NCBI GenBank assembly: GCA_951406725.2
Contig: OX597822.1
Span: forward strand, 16,802,001-16,866,000
Reading direction: 5' to 3'
From: Octopus vulgaris
Lineage: Eukaryota
Length of the DNA stretch: 64,000 bases
Made by a program: the position numbers and the translations under genes. This document shows, in pieces, positions 14,045 to 28,442 of this stretch. The notes beneath the pieces were generated by a model. It saw only the letters and a program-made list of their open reading frames with translations, ran no database searches and was not told where the DNA came from. The number at the start of each line of letters is the position of its first letter. Within the stretch, counting starts at the first letter, position 1.

Positions 14045-15796
14045 AGACTTGACTGCAGCCAAGCGTGAATATTCAGAAGGTTGGCTGCATCGTTTCAAGT
14101 CGTGACATGGCTTACAGTTTCGTGTAGTGTATGACGGAAAAACGTTCATCAGACAAAGATGCGGCTAGTGCGTATGTGGATGAATTTGCAAAGTTAGTTA
14201 GTGATGAACATTTAAGTCCTGAACACGTGTACAATGCTGACGAGATTGCCTTGTTTTGGAGATGTACACCAAAAATAACTCAACTGAGAATGCAAAATCG
14301 CCATCGGGATTTAAAGCTTCAAAGGATGGCATCACGGTAATGTGCAGCTCTAATGCTGCGGCTACTCATAGATGTAAGTCGCTTGTTATCGGGAAAAGTT
14401 TACATCCGAGGGCCTTCAAGGGAATGACACAATTTTGCTGTCCATTACCGTACCAACAAGAAGGGATGGGTTACCACTGATATTACATTGAATTGGTTTC
14501 GAAAATGATTTGTTGCTCATTGCAACTCAGTTGGACTAAACCCTAAATGCAAGACAGTTCTTATGTTAGACATTTGTGCGGCACATTCAAAAGCCGATCA
14601 TCAAGTGAAAGATAATGTTTTTGTTGTCTACCTCCCACCCAACTGCACATTAGTAATTCAACCACAGGACAATGGTATTATACATTCAATGAAGTGCAAG
14701 TATCGATCCCTGTTAATGAGGCGCCTAGTGAGTTCAGTTAATTCAGGCAAACCCAGTACAGAAGTTCCATAGCGAATTCAACATTAAGGATGCGGTGTAC
14801 TGTGTTGCCAATGCATGGAAGTCTGTGAAAACATCAACGCTGAAGAATGGATGGCATAGATTGTGGCCAAGTTTAATGTTTGCTTCCCTTCTAACGAAGA
14901 CACTGAGAATAATCTTGGAGGGTTTAGGCTTTCCAAAGAAAAGCAGCTTATACATGAACATATTGCTTTTGTTAAAGCTGTGGCTAATCCTGATTGCAAG
15001 GAGCTTTCATCAAGGATAAATGAAGATGCTTTAACGGAATGGATGGAAGGATGATGATGATGATGATGTGCCTACAGTTCATCGTTACACTGATTCTGAA
15101 ATTTGTAGGTATGGTTAAAAGTCCGGATGAGAAATGCCTGTACAGGTAGTGATGAAGATGAGGAAGATGTGAGAGAAAGAATCTCTATTGACAGGTTAAT
15201 TCCGTTGACAGGTGAACTGCTGGCTGAACGAGGTTTTGTAAGTGAACCAGAAATCATGAATGTTTACTTGCTCCAAGATAAAGTTATTAGAGAAAGACCC
15301 AAGTATACGAAGCGACAGACACTGCACGATATATTCAAGAAAATGGCTAGGAAGCAGGAAGAAGCGGCAGCAGTGTCCACACTTGATAATCCACTGCCAT
15401 CAACTTCAAGCCAACCAGATGTGCTGTCACCGCCATTTCCTCCACAGTTGAAGCTGTTCCTAATGCTGAGGATGTCACTGTCAGTGATGAAGAGGATTAT
15501 CCTGACAGCCCATCTGCTGTTTAGCTTCTTTTCGAGGATACAGTAATGAATAAAATTCTAAGGAATTATTTTATTTAGTTGAATTAAAATTCTAGAGAAC
15601 TATTTTATTTAATTAGTGAAAATTAAAATTTCATCTGCTTTTCATTTAGTGTTTAACTTTTCTTTCTTTAAAGGACTGTACAGGCAGGAATTTTCTGTTA
15701 ATAAATACAGCAGATATAACCATAGAAAATTAGGTATTTTTGAAAATCCGGCTCTCCTCAGGTCTGGAGGTTGCCGGATTTTTTAATGTCAACCTG
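14045..15796 (+). mobile_element. pogo/Tigger-like DNA transposon, decayed DDE_1 transposase
   Basis: SEGWLHRFK, VYNADEIALFWRCTP, VVYLPPNCTLVIQPQDNGII and IKDAVYCVANAW in shifting frames. The right terminus ends ...GTCAACCTG followed by TA. Confidence 0.9.
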
Positions 15797-16606
15797 TATA
15801 TAAAAGATGCAGCGTCGCACCAATAACCAGCTCGTGAAAGGCCTGCCTGGGGTTAAATTAAGAGTAACATGGAATAGCCACTTTAACGTGGCGAATGACT
15901 TTACTTGTTTTATATATATATACATATGTGCAGATAGATTAATAAACAGATGTAGATATAGACGTGTATGCATGTGTGTGTGTGTGCGCGTGCGTGTGTG
16001 TGTGTGCGCGTGCGTGAGTGTGTGTGTGTGCGTATAAATAAGGTCAGGTGTGGATGCATGTGCCATTGCAGCGTGCTGGTGTATTCGCCATTTGTCCGTA
16101 TGTTCCCGGGTCCCCCCGGGTTCCAGTCGGTCCTCATCTCCATGATATACCTCTTCATCCGCCGCGACTATATGGCATGTTGTCAACCAACGGGAGCCGT
16201 CAACCCAGTCGGATCTTCAGAGTGAAGAGAATACGATAAGAAGGGTCTAAATCGGAATTATACAACGAAAGGAGGCATCATAGTTTCCCAGAGGAGTCGT
16301 TGGTTGGATAGGAAAACTGAACGATGATAACCCTATACATACATACATATACATATATATATGTATATATATTCATATATATATATATACAATATATACA
16401 ATATATATATATATTGTGTATATATATATATATATATATATATACTGATGCATATACATATATATACACACACACCCAAATTGAAAGGGTGGAACAAGTA
16501 AAATCTAGGCTACATATGTTTCCTAGATAGTAGATCCTCTGACGTAATAATTACTCAACAAGTGGTACTCAGCTAGCTACTCATGAAACCAAGGAACGTC
16601 AATAGG

Positions 16607-16758
<152 letters not shown>

Positions 16759-17214
16759 ATAAGTCACAGTTCATAAACGTGATAGTATAATCTCAGTTAA
16801 TGTAAGGGGCTTGTTTTATCTCTGCGAGTGTACTACGGCTAAAATGGTAGTCGGCGCTATGACACGGAAGGAAAATGAACGTCAGTTATAGTAGACAAAA
16901 GATATAAAATATTAAGTACGAGTTACTTGACGGAACAGGTTGTTGGTTATGTGACTATTCATCTCATATAGGTAAGTGATAGATCTATATTATGTATGTG
17001 GTTGGCGGAGGAGTTGTAGTAATGGAAAGCTAAAAGGTATTCATGGCTATTTCCGCAGGAAACACGTGTCTCCCTCACCAATTATGCTGTATGACAGGAA
17101 TATGGTTTCCTCATTGGTTCAGCCAAGTTTTTGTCGCTAATGGTGAACAAATGATTCGCCATTGACGTAGTTTGTCAATAGGTTATATTTCACTTTCTCT
17201 GAGAGACGGACGAT

Positions 17215-17330
17215 GAGTGAGAGAGAAAGAAAGAGAGAGAAGAGGGGAAGAGAGAAGAAGAAGAAGAAGAAGAAGAAGAAGAAGAAGAAGAAGAAGAAGA
17301 AGAAGAAGAAGGAAGAGGAGAAGAAGAGGG
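17215..17330. repeat. Purine-rich (GAA)n array
   Basis: Directly visible. Confidence 0.9.
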
Positions 17331-17687
17331 AATACTTGTTGCGTTGTTTTACCTCTTCGTCACCACTTCTTTCCTTGCTCTCCTTTTGTTTGCTTGATTG
17401 ATAGTCTCTCTCTCCCTCTCTCTTTCCTAGTTTTCTCTTTTTCTCTTTCTCCCTCTCCCACCCCACCCCACCCCACCAAGTCCTATATTTCGATTTCTTT
17501 TTCTTTATTCCATTTCGATATTTTGCCTGCAACGCTTTCTTTCCCTCTCATTGTCTCTCTCTCCTTCTCTCTCTCCCTCTTCTCTCTCTCCCTCTTCTCT
17601 CTCTTTATCTATTTATCTGTCTCTCTATCAGTTTGTCTATTTACATCTTCATGTATTGAGTTCTAGTTATCCTGTTTATTCTACCGG

Positions 17688-18687
<1,000 letters not shown>

Positions 18688-19580
18688 TAAATATATATAT
18701 ATACATATATGTATGTATGGATGGATGTATGTATGTATGTATGTACGTATGTCTGTGTATGTATATATATATATGTATATATATATGGCTGTGTGTCTAT
18801 GTATGTATATATATATGCATGTATATATATATGCATGTATTGAACTCGAAAAGTGCATTCACTTCCCCAGCCTTACACGTACAGACTAACACAGGCACAT
18901 ATTCACATACACATATACTACCAACGGGAACTACTGAGAGGTTTATCAAGAAGGCAGGAACAAACTGAGGCAACAACGACAGAGTGGAAACGAGCATTGT
19001 GTAAACATTGCACACCGCAAAAGGATATCTTCATCGTTTCGACACCAAAATGCAGCATCAGTCTTTATGACGATGTCAACAGCAATAAAGAGAAAAAGAA
19101 AAAGAATGTGAACGCAGCTTTAGAATAAAGAAAGAAAACTCACGCGGAACGTTAAGTCATGAAACTCATGAAACACATGAAGATCTGATTTGTAGTCTCT
19201 CGCAGTCCTGTCTACTGTTTCATTGCTTTATGTTCTGTGAATTCTCTCTGGAAGTTTCTTGCATACTCATCTTGTCTCTGATCACGGAATACCCAATGTG
19301 TGGAGGAGATGCTGACCCATCAACCGGGATATGCCAGAAACAGTTGTATGGCGTCACTTACTTCAAATTCACCTTACTCTAATTAAATACTCTAAATGAC
19401 CTGAGATACTCATCTTGCCTTGGTTTTATTATCCTTTTCCCTCTAATATATACCTTCTAACTAGGAAGCCTACTTCGGATCCCTAGCTCCAGCCCCAGCT
19501 GTGAACTTGGAACCTAACAGTTGACCAATCATAGCACTTACACAGCGTACCTATTCATTTAGATCACCAGCGAACTAAAC

Positions 19581-19671
<91 letters not shown>

Positions 19672-20002
19672 GGTTATATATAAATAGATAGATATGCAAA
19701 CTATTTAAGCTGTAAATAGTAACTAAGTAAAGTTGCAGCTGCTATTAAATTCATTGATAGGGACCTTGAAGATTCTCCGGTCATTGACACCGTCTAACAA
19801 TTATATAATTGCACGTTGCACGCTATATTTATGCATATATATATGTGTGTGTGTGTATACGTATGTATACACACCACTCATGTCTCGTTGAGACATTTAG
19901 AAATTCAATATTTCTAATTACGGTGACCAGTGAATAGATTTCACTGTAAATAGATATATTTGCAAAGGCTTGGTAAGTATCACCGCTAGCGGGGACGCGC
20001 TA

Positions 20003-20050
20003 CCCTGGACTGATGACGGGCAATACCCAGAAACATGCATGTCTTTAGGT
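20003..20050 (+). ncRNA. Type I hammerhead motif inside a larger hairpin
   Basis: CCTGGA/TTTAGG helix I with G-U pairs; CTGATGA 20010-20016; C.A mismatch then GGG-CAATA-CCC; GAAA; perfect palindrome ACATGCATGT; GTC. Outer inverted repeat ATATTTGCAAAGG/CCTTTGCAAATAT spans ~19956-20096. Confidence 0.7.
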
Positions 20051-20210
20051 TGCTAGTCCTAGCTGGTGGGGGTGCTTGCCTCCCCTTTGCAAATATAAGG
20101 ACACAGGAAATGTGTCAAAGCCGACAGGAAGCGTCGATGCTTCCTAGGGCTATATAGCGGTGGTGTAATTCCCTCTACGGGACTGTCACGTTATGTTGAC
20201 TTTATACAAG

Positions 20211-20245
<35 letters not shown>

Positions 20246-20262
20246 TATGTATGCATATGTAC

Positions 20263-20323
<61 letters not shown>

Positions 20324-21680
20324 TGTATGTATGTATATACATATATAAATACAAACATATATATATATGTGTGTGTATCGTATAATTGTATTTAATCGTA
20401 ATTGAATGATTATAAATATCTGTGTATTTGCTTTTTACGTTTTATGCACAATGGTTGATCCGTGTGGTATAGTAGTAGTAGCAGTAGTAGTAGTAGTAGT
20501 AGCAGTAGTAGTAGTAGTAGTAGTAGTAGTTATTGTTGTTGTTGTTGTTATTGTAGTTGTGGTAGTCGCCTGTAGTGTTTGTAATAAAAGTAGCATATTT
20601 GTGGGGTATTGTCGTAGCTTCTGCTACTGGTGGTGTTGGTGGTGTTGGTGGTGGTGGTGGTGGTGGTGGTGGTGGTTGCCGTGGTGGTGCACAATTAGAA
20701 TCAACAGCCTATAAATGCCATGTTAAAAATAAGTCAGCTGATGCTTTAACCATTCTAATGACTTCCCTATTATGCTCGCCAGTGAAAGCCCATCATTTCC
20801 TCTCCTGTTTCTGGTCAGATTCGGAAAAACAAACCTGGCCAACTTATATTCTTGACATTTTCAATGAAAATCGTTTCCAGTTGCCAATTTACTTTAGTAT
20901 AATTATGTTGTTCTTGTTATTGTTGTTGCTGCTCTTGTTCTCTGCTTTGTTTTTCTGTTCCTATTTTTGTGTTTCAATGCAAAGGTTTTTTATGTATTTT
21001 TATTTTGTATTTGCTAATGTTTTTCTGTTTATCTGTTTTCCTTGTTTTTTGTTCCGTTTATATAATATAATATACGCACATACATAATTATGTGTGCACA
21101 TACACACACACACACACATATATATATATGCACACACTCACAGACGCATATGTCCACATGTGTATATTTTGGGTTGTGTGTGAGTAATGTTATTCGTTTG
21201 TATTTATTGTGTATCAACAAATAAGTAACGATGTTTATAAATCATTTGACGGTCCGATTTGAATGAGATAGAGGTGGTTTGAAATGCTATTGTTATTAGC
21301 GGTGGTGGTGGTGGTGGTTTGGGCAGATACACTGGTACTGGTAATTTGTAAGAGTATAGACATAGTTTGTGGGATGTGTGTGTGTGTGTGTATAAAACAC
21401 AATCTTATCTATTCTACCGTATAATCACAATTGTTATTCATTTTGTGCTAAGTGGAAATTCAATATTTAGAAACCAGAGCCACTGGACCGATGCCATTCT
21501 ATAGGAAACTTTCAGTTTGGTAAAGTTCATTTACCCTGAGGGGTGTGGTCTAACGGTTCGAACCTTGACCTTCGATGAATTCTGAAGGAAAGAGAGAAAA
21601 ACAGGGTTCCTTTCAGACCAATCTTTCCCAAAAACATCATCAACCATTCCGGGTTTCTTTTACCTTTTCTTTTTCTTGCG

Positions 21681-21957
21681 CCGTGGTTCTCGACCATTTT
21701 TTTCTCACCCCTGCATCTCTTTGATTTCTGTCTTACTTGAACCGACGCTCACAGCCTCTCGATGTTTAAAAAATCCTATTAAAGTTTTATAATTAAATAT
21801 TAACATTAGTTATTTCAGAAAAAAGGTTGTTTGAATATTCTGTGTATAATGCAAGTAGAATTAATTTATTGCACATAAATTTTAAGGAAAAAAAATAATC
21901 TTATATAAGCCCCGACCCCCACCTAAGGGTCGTACGTACCCCGGTTGAGAAGCATTG
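21681..21957. mobile_element. hAT-type MITE
   Basis: Termini CCGTGGTTCTCGACC / GGTTGAGAAGCATTG resemble CAGTGGTTCTCAACC TIRs. Flanks TTCTTGCG and TTCTCGTG fit a decayed 8-bp TSD. Confidence 0.7.
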
Positions 21958-22036
21958 TTCTCGTGCTTCCCTACTTTCAGGGGAATACCAAAGTTTATAC
22001 AGACCAACAACAATACCAGTTTTTCTTTGTTTTCAG

Positions 22037-22119
22037 ACGTTAAGGAAATCGGAAAGGATCAAACAGTCTGACACCAACGTCATTTTCCCCATCGGCCGAA
22101 ACACACGGACATCATCAAG
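22037..22119 (+). CDS. Candidate internal exon of an unidentified gene (TLRKSERIKQSDTNVIFPIGRNTRTSS)
   Basis: Strong pyrimidine tract TTTTTCTTTGTTTTCAG, donor AAG|GTTTGT, one open frame. No homology recognised. Confidence 0.25.
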
Positions 22120-22503
22120 GTTTGTGGTGTTTTCTTTACTCCCTGATGAAGAGTAAGGCTTGTGGCGTTGCACTGAACAACACTCCTCATAGCGACTAAA
22201 GTTTACCAACTTTGATTGATTTTTGCCGAGATAAACCATCACTATTTTCTTCAGATTCCGGCTTTTTTTTTTGTTCTACTTTTGTCTGATGGGCAAAGTT
22301 GTTTTGTAAGAAATTTCAGACGAAGGAACGAACGAAACGTTTTAGATTATCGAGTCGCGTCTCTCCACTTCAGGTTCAAATTTCTTTCTTGGAGTCGATA
22401 AAAGTGTTTTGTTCTTTGAGATCGATCAAAAATGTATTAGTAATATCGATGCTGTCTACCATATCTCCTTTCCTGTAAATATTGGCTGGGTGCCATATCA
22501 GAA

Positions 22504-22543
<40 letters not shown>

Positions 22544-22544
22544 C

Positions 22545-22961
22545 TCTTTTTTACTGTTTTTACTTGTTTCAGTCATTTGACTGTGGCCATGCTGGATCAC
22601 CGCCTTTAGTCGAGAAAATCACCCCAAGACTTATTCTTTGTAAGCCTAGTACTTATTCTATCGGTCTATTTCGCCGAACCGCTAAGTTACGGGGATGTAA
22701 ACACACCAACATTGGTTGTTAAGCGATGTTGGGGGGACAAACACAGACACACAAACATATATACACACATACATATACATATATATATATATATATATAT
22801 ACACGATGGGCTTCTTTCAGTTTCCGTCTACCAAATTTACTCACAAGGCTTTGGTCGACCCGAGGCTATAGTAGAAGACACTTGCCCAAGGTGCCACGCA
22901 GTGGGACTGAACCCGGAACCATGTGGTTGGTAAGCAAGCTACTTACCACAGAGCCACTCCC
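22545..22961 (-). mobile_element. SINE family B, full length, inserted in (TAA)n
   Basis: Reverse complement of the 63241-63626 type sequence. Confidence 0.9.
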
Positions 22962-22990
22962 ATAATGATGATGATAATAATACTAATAAA

Positions 22991-23083
<93 letters not shown>

Positions 23084-23280
23084 TGAAATTTTCTGGACGC
23101 TGGAATGGGTGTGTTTTTAAAAGGATTGCTTCGCAGCTAAGTAGTTTCCAAGCTCGATATCACTCAGTGACTTTAGATGCCTAATACTTGGACGATAGAA
23201 ACTGTGAAGAAACCTGTCGTGTATGTGTGCCCGTGTGTGTTCATGTGTGTGTGTACGCGCGCGCATGTGTTTGTGTATGC

Positions 23281-23316
<36 letters not shown>

Positions 23317-23834
23317 TTGTGTGAGTGTGTACTCGTGTATTAAATTCCTGTTGATTTACCTAGAAGTAATAAATTACTGAACTAAGTACAGAGATGCCGA
23401 GTCGCGCGAGGGGTACTTATAAAAAGGACAGTTCAGACTCACTAGTACTTAGAATATGTACTCTTATAATTTCACTTACCTAGGTACCAACATATGCTTC
23501 CATATATACATCAAACAATGTATACGGGGATGGGGGTGGACGAGTAGTTGTGTGTATACATCGAATAAAATATATACATGCATACATACATGGAGTGATT
23601 TTACTACTTCTACTATTATTTTTACTATTATCATTTTTTAAATATAGCCACGAAACGCGTGTCGTTATTCTACCAAATGTATACGTTTTATTTATTATTT
23701 TGTACATTACTTAATCATCGTTATATGTCTTATCTTATTTTTAATCTTTCTATAATATGTAATTTTCTAGGTAGTATAATTTAATTTTTCATTATTGAAT
23801 TGATGAAAGGTGGGTTTTTTTTCCTAATTTATAG

Positions 23835-23890
<56 letters not shown>

Positions 23891-23919
23891 TAAGATAGGA
23901 GATGGAATGTGTAATAGAC

Positions 23920-23978
23920 TTTATTGGGCACAACACAAGTTTCGACCCATTCCGGGTCTCTTCACGTACATCAATAAA
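23920..23978 (-). ncRNA. Degenerate hammerhead-like Penelope terminus
   Basis: Reverse strand GTAC-GTGAAGA-GACCC-GGAAT-GGGTC-GAAAC-TTGT-GTT-GTGC followed by AATAAA. C3 is replaced by G with no compensation. Lies between TA repeats. Confidence 0.45.
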
Positions 23979-24043
23979 AAGTCTCACTAGAGATTTCTTG
24001 AGACGGCTTACGTACCCCTATATGTCCATCAAATATATATATA

Positions 24044-24072
24044 CAGGGTTTGGACAAAATAATGGAAACACC
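24044..24072 (+). mobile_element. Solo Tc1-like terminal inverted repeat
   Basis: TA-CAGGGTTTGGACAAAATAATGGAAACACC; no partner end seen. Confidence 0.45.
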
Positions 24073-24384
24073 TAGCATCATACCATACGTTTAGGGTGGA
24101 GTAAAAAACTAGGGAATTCGTCCCTAGAGCAGTGGAAGAATGTGTGTGTGTGTGTATGCGAATATGTGTATGTATATATATTGTCTGTTCATATAACCTG
24201 TGTACTTATCCGTCTGTATGCAGATCTGTTTATATGAAAGTAGGGTTACTCTAGACTTTTATAGAGTACAAATTTATTTTTCTTCAACAAGAATGTTGTT
24301 GAACGTCAATAATATTCTTGTTTAAGAATATGTGCGTGTATGTGTAAATACATATATATATACATTCATATGCATATATCTGTC

Positions 24385-24686
24385 TGTCTGTATGTATGTA
24401 TGTATGTACGTATGTATGTACGTATGTATGTATGTATGTATGTATGTATGTATGTATGTATGTATGTATGTATGTATGTATGTATGTATGTATGTATGTA
24501 TCTATGTATGTATGTATGTATGTATGTATGTATGTATGTATGTATGTATGTATGTACGTACGTATGTATGTATGTATGTATGTATGTATGTATGTATGTA
24601 TGTATGTATGTACGTATGTATGTATGTATGTATGTATGTATGTACGTACGTATGTATGTATGTATGTATGTATGTATGTATGTATA
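24385..24686. repeat. (TATG)n array of ~300 bp
   Basis: Directly visible. Confidence 0.95.
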
Positions 24687-24780
24687 CACATTGGTGAAAT
24701 ATGTAAACTTAAGTGAGAAAATATTTTTAAAATTTGGTGTTGTTCGATGTGATATTCGTTCTGTGATATTCGTTCAACAT

Positions 24781-25182
24781 TCATCATTCATTGTTCGACC
24801 GTGGTCGAGACAATGGAATTTACTATGTTACGCCAGACTTCATGGTCCATCATAGCATTACGGAGGTCCTGTTGCTGGATGCCTGTATCTCTGGAGATTA
24901 CATCAGTGTAGGAGAGTGTGCGCCCTCTGGTATCGCGAGCAGATGGCTTCCAGAGGAGAAGAGTAGAAATTACCTCGTTTCCAGCTCTACAACAATGTCC
25001 AGCAAACTGGACTCTTCTACCTTTCACGAGAGATGATACAGGTGGTAATTTCCCATATATTTGTACTTTGGTTAGATGACGCTTCCACGAGAGATTTTGA
25101 GCTCTCATAAGAAGGTGAGTGTAAGTTCCATCCAACTGCCTCTCAAGCTTCTTTGATAACGTCCAGGTTTCTGAGCCATGTA
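24781..25182 (-). mobile_element. RTE-clade LINE, 5'-truncated 3' end
   Basis: GSETWTLSKKLERQLDGTYTHLLMRAQNLSWK...FAGHC...WRNIV, stop codon and short (TGA)-like tail. Close to the copy at 40646. Confidence 0.9.
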
Positions 25183-25493
25183 GTTCAACACTACGTCGTA
25201 TAAAAACTTTCCTGTCACCTTCGCTTCGGAAATGTAGAGAACTAAAGACTCTACCGGTTCGTTGGAAATTCGTCACCAACGACGCTAAAATACATCTCTG
25301 TCGATTTAAAATAAATATTAAGAGTAGCTGATATTGAATATTGTATTCCACTTGAATGTTTTCTATTATGACTTTCCATCTTATAATTGCGAAAGTAGCT
25401 TTTATTTATAGAATTTGGTTGTGAAATCAATTTGGTTTGTATTTACGAATAGAGTTGTTTGTTATGGTTGTTATTATTATTATTATTGTTGGT

Positions 25494-25945
25494 AAGGCGG
25501 CGAACTGGCAGAATCGCTAGCACGCCGGACGAAATGCTTAGCAGTATTTCATCTGCCGCTACGTTCTGAGTTCAAATTCCGCCGAGGTCGACTTTGCCAT
25601 TCATCCTATGGGGCTTTATAAAATAAGCACTAGTTGAATATTGCCTCTCATTCTTTCGGGGTCGATTAAATAAGTACCAGTTACGCACTGGGGTCGATAT
25701 AACCGACTTAATCCGTTTGTCTGACTTTGTTTGTCCCCTCTGTGTGTAGCCCCCTGTGGGCAGTAAAGAAATAGGTATTTACATTCTGCCATTACGTTCT
25801 GAGTTCAAATTCCGCTGAGGTCGCCTTTGCCTTGAATCCTTTCGGGGATCGATAAATTAAGTACCAGTGAAACACAAGGGTCGATATAATCAGCTTACAT
25901 CCTCCTCCAAATTACAGCCCTTGTGCTTATAGTAGAAAGGTTATT
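25494..25945 (+). mobile_element. Cluster of fused SINE family C units
   Basis: Head at 25494, tail ...AAAGAAATAGGT at ~25776 joined directly to another body with a different tail. Confidence 0.8.
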
Positions 25946-26039
25946 ATTATTGCTGCTGCTGCTGCTGCTCATTAGCCCCATCTCAGCCCTGAGTGAGCAG
26001 TGAAGTATGATCGTCCCACGCGTTCCTTTATAGACGCAG

Positions 26040-26420
26040 TTTGGTAGGAGGTTTGATTCTCAACCACATGGTTACGGGTTCAGTTTCTTCGGTAAGTGTA
26101 TTCTACCATGGCCCTGGGCCGACTGTTTTGTGAGGGAATTTGGTAGATGGAAACTATGTGGAAACCCGTTCTATATGATACCTATATACGTTTTCTGTGT
26201 ATGTGGGCGTGTGTTTGTGTTTGTCCTCCTACCATTGCTTGACAACTGGTGTTGGTTTGTTTATGTCCTTGTAACTTAGCGGTTTAGCAAAGAAAGAGTG
26301 ACACAATAACTACTGACTATTAAAAGATGGACTGCAGTCGATTTATTCGACTAAACCCTTTCGAGGCGATGCTGTAGCATGGCCACAGTCCGATGACTGA
26401 ACCGAAAGAAAAATAAAAGA
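26040..26420 (+). mobile_element. SINE family B, old diverged copy
   Basis: CAACCACATGGTTACGGGTTCAG...GCATGGCCACAGTCCGATGACTGAA. Confidence 0.75.
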
Positions 26421-26460
26421 TAACATGTCTCGACCTTCATTATCTAATACAGCATGCCTT

Positions 26461-26812
26461 AATGTTGTTGCCGTTGAGCGTAGCGGTCTTCGAAACGTGG
26501 TCCTTTGCTATTCGTAAGACCCGCAGAAGAGAAGGCAGGTCAACCCCCGACACCGAGAGCATCGACGGATGGATGAATGTGCATCCAGGCTCAGCGGTTG
26601 CGTAGGAAGTCGGGGACAAGAAACAGGAAGAAAGAGTGAGAGAAAGTTGGAGTGAAAGAGTACAACAGGGGTCGCCACCACCCCCTGCCGGAGCCTCATG
26701 GAACTTTAGGTGTTTTCGCTCAATAAACACACACAACGCCTGGTCTGGGAATCGAAACCGTGATCCTCCAACCGCGAGTCCTCTGCCCTAACCATTGGGC
26801 CATTGCGCATTC
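26461..26812 (-). mobile_element. SINE family A, tail type 2
   Basis: Same head and body as 819-1209 but an unrelated 3' tail ending in a CAA-like repeat. Confidence 0.85.
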
Positions 26813-27299
26813 ACTTCTGTTGTTGCTATTCTTGGTGGTGGTGGTGGTGGTTGCCAACAGAACAGCCAATGATCATCGCATCTATTTTTCAGACATAATG
26901 TGTCTAGGACTGCAATAGCCAGCGTAGCCTTTTTTTTCTGAAGTTATTGTTATTGTTGTTAATGAGAATGAGGATGATGAGGGAATGGGTTATACCCAGG
27001 ACCAAATAGTCTCATAATCAATAACGTTCCATGCATGACCATCCCGCCCGTATTTCTTTCTTCTTTTATATAAATGTAGTTAAGATATAAAAGAGATTCT
27101 AGCTGCTATTTCTAGTAAATCGAACAACCGTATAAAGGTTCTCTAATTGGCTCAACACGCAGAGTTTTGAACTTACAATTCGTTATTGGTTTTCAATGAA
27201 AGAAACAAAAGCCGGTAAGTTATTGGAAGTGTGGGAAAATAGTATTGTCAACATGTTTTCTTCGATTAGTTTCTGCCATTGTTTGCTGAAGTGACTTCG

Positions 27300-27520
27300 T
27301 TTAGTGGATGAAGTTTTGTGAGCAACGCTCTGCCAGCCTCATCAGGAATAATTTATTTATGAAGCACTCATTAAATTTCGGCTTTGAATGATTGGATTTG
27401 AAGAATTCCAATATTTCACAACCAAGTTCAAAAGATCTTTCGAGTACCTGTACTTCTACCTCTGGGTAGTCATTTAATTTCTGAGTGTAAACGAATGCCT
27501 TAGTATTGATTACCAATTCC
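27300..27520 (-). pseudogene. hAT (Charlie-like) transposase relic
   Basis: YPEVEVQVLERSFELGCEILEFF...FLMRLA resembles the EVRWLSxGxVLxRFFELxxEIxxFL...LAYL block. Confidence 0.5.
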
Positions 27521-27877
27521 TTTACAGAAAAATAATATTGATTGAAGTGGACAGAATTTAATTAAGTGAACCTTTGTATTGCTTCATCAGGTACGCACTT
27601 TAAAAACGGACAGACGTATTTTCTAGTAACCTTCGCATTTGGTTCATCAGTCTTATTTATTTAGTTGTTTGTTAATTTATTATTTGTCTTCTTTTGAATC
27701 AACAGTTGGTCTTTAATTATTTTTTTTTTTTTTTTTTTAATGCTGGATTCTTAAGTTTAAAAACATAAGGACAAAAACAGTTTTTATCGTGGCAGAAACG
27801 ATAAAGTTGTCTCTTCAAGTTCTGAGTTTCAAACCCTATTCGTCCAGTTTAAATTTGTTTTTCATTATTCTGGGATG

Positions 27878-28442
27878 GCAAAGCGGTGAGCTGACCAAAT
27901 GGTTAGCACGCTGGAGATGTTCAGCGGTATTTCTTCCGATTTTCTAAGTTCAATTCTGCCGAGATCGATTTTGCCTTTCATCCTTTCGAGTAGATAAATT
28001 AAGTACCAGTTGAGTACTGGGGTCGATGTAACCGACTATCCTCTTCTTATACTTCAGGCTTTGCGCCTATAGTAGAAAGAATTCTTCTCGCGTGGATAAA
28101 ATAACGCACCCTTCAAGTTCTCGGGTTGGCAGAATCGACTGTTTTCTCCTTAACATGTTTAACCTTGAGTCTATTTTAGAAATTACTATTATTAGGATTT
28201 TTGGCAGGGTTTTTTATGGCACAAGCAGTAATGTGCCGAGCTGACATAATGGATTTTCTGTATTTAGATACAACTCCTTAAGTTCTGAGTTCAAAACACG
28301 ATACTCAACCAGTACTTGTTTTATAAACCACGAAAGGGTGAACGATAAAGTCGACCTCGGCGGAATTTGAACTCAGAACGTAAAGAAATGCCTCTAAACA
28401 TTTATTCTGCTGTGCTATCATTTCTGCCAGTTGCTCGCCATC
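27878..28442. mobile_element. Decayed SINE family C copies (+ ~27878-28085, - ~28305-28442)
   Basis: Shared core GCCTTTCATCCTTTCGAG...AATTAAGTACCAG. Confidence 0.65.

Noticed and set aside
16075-16150. HDV-like ribozyme suggested by AATGGCGAAT on the minus strand
   Set aside because: No P1/P3/L3 (TCCTCG-like) or nested pseudoknot could be built.
19030-19070. Minus-strand CTGATGC...GTCGAAACG
   Set aside because: A9 is missing, helix II is weak, and there is no helix I or NUH site.
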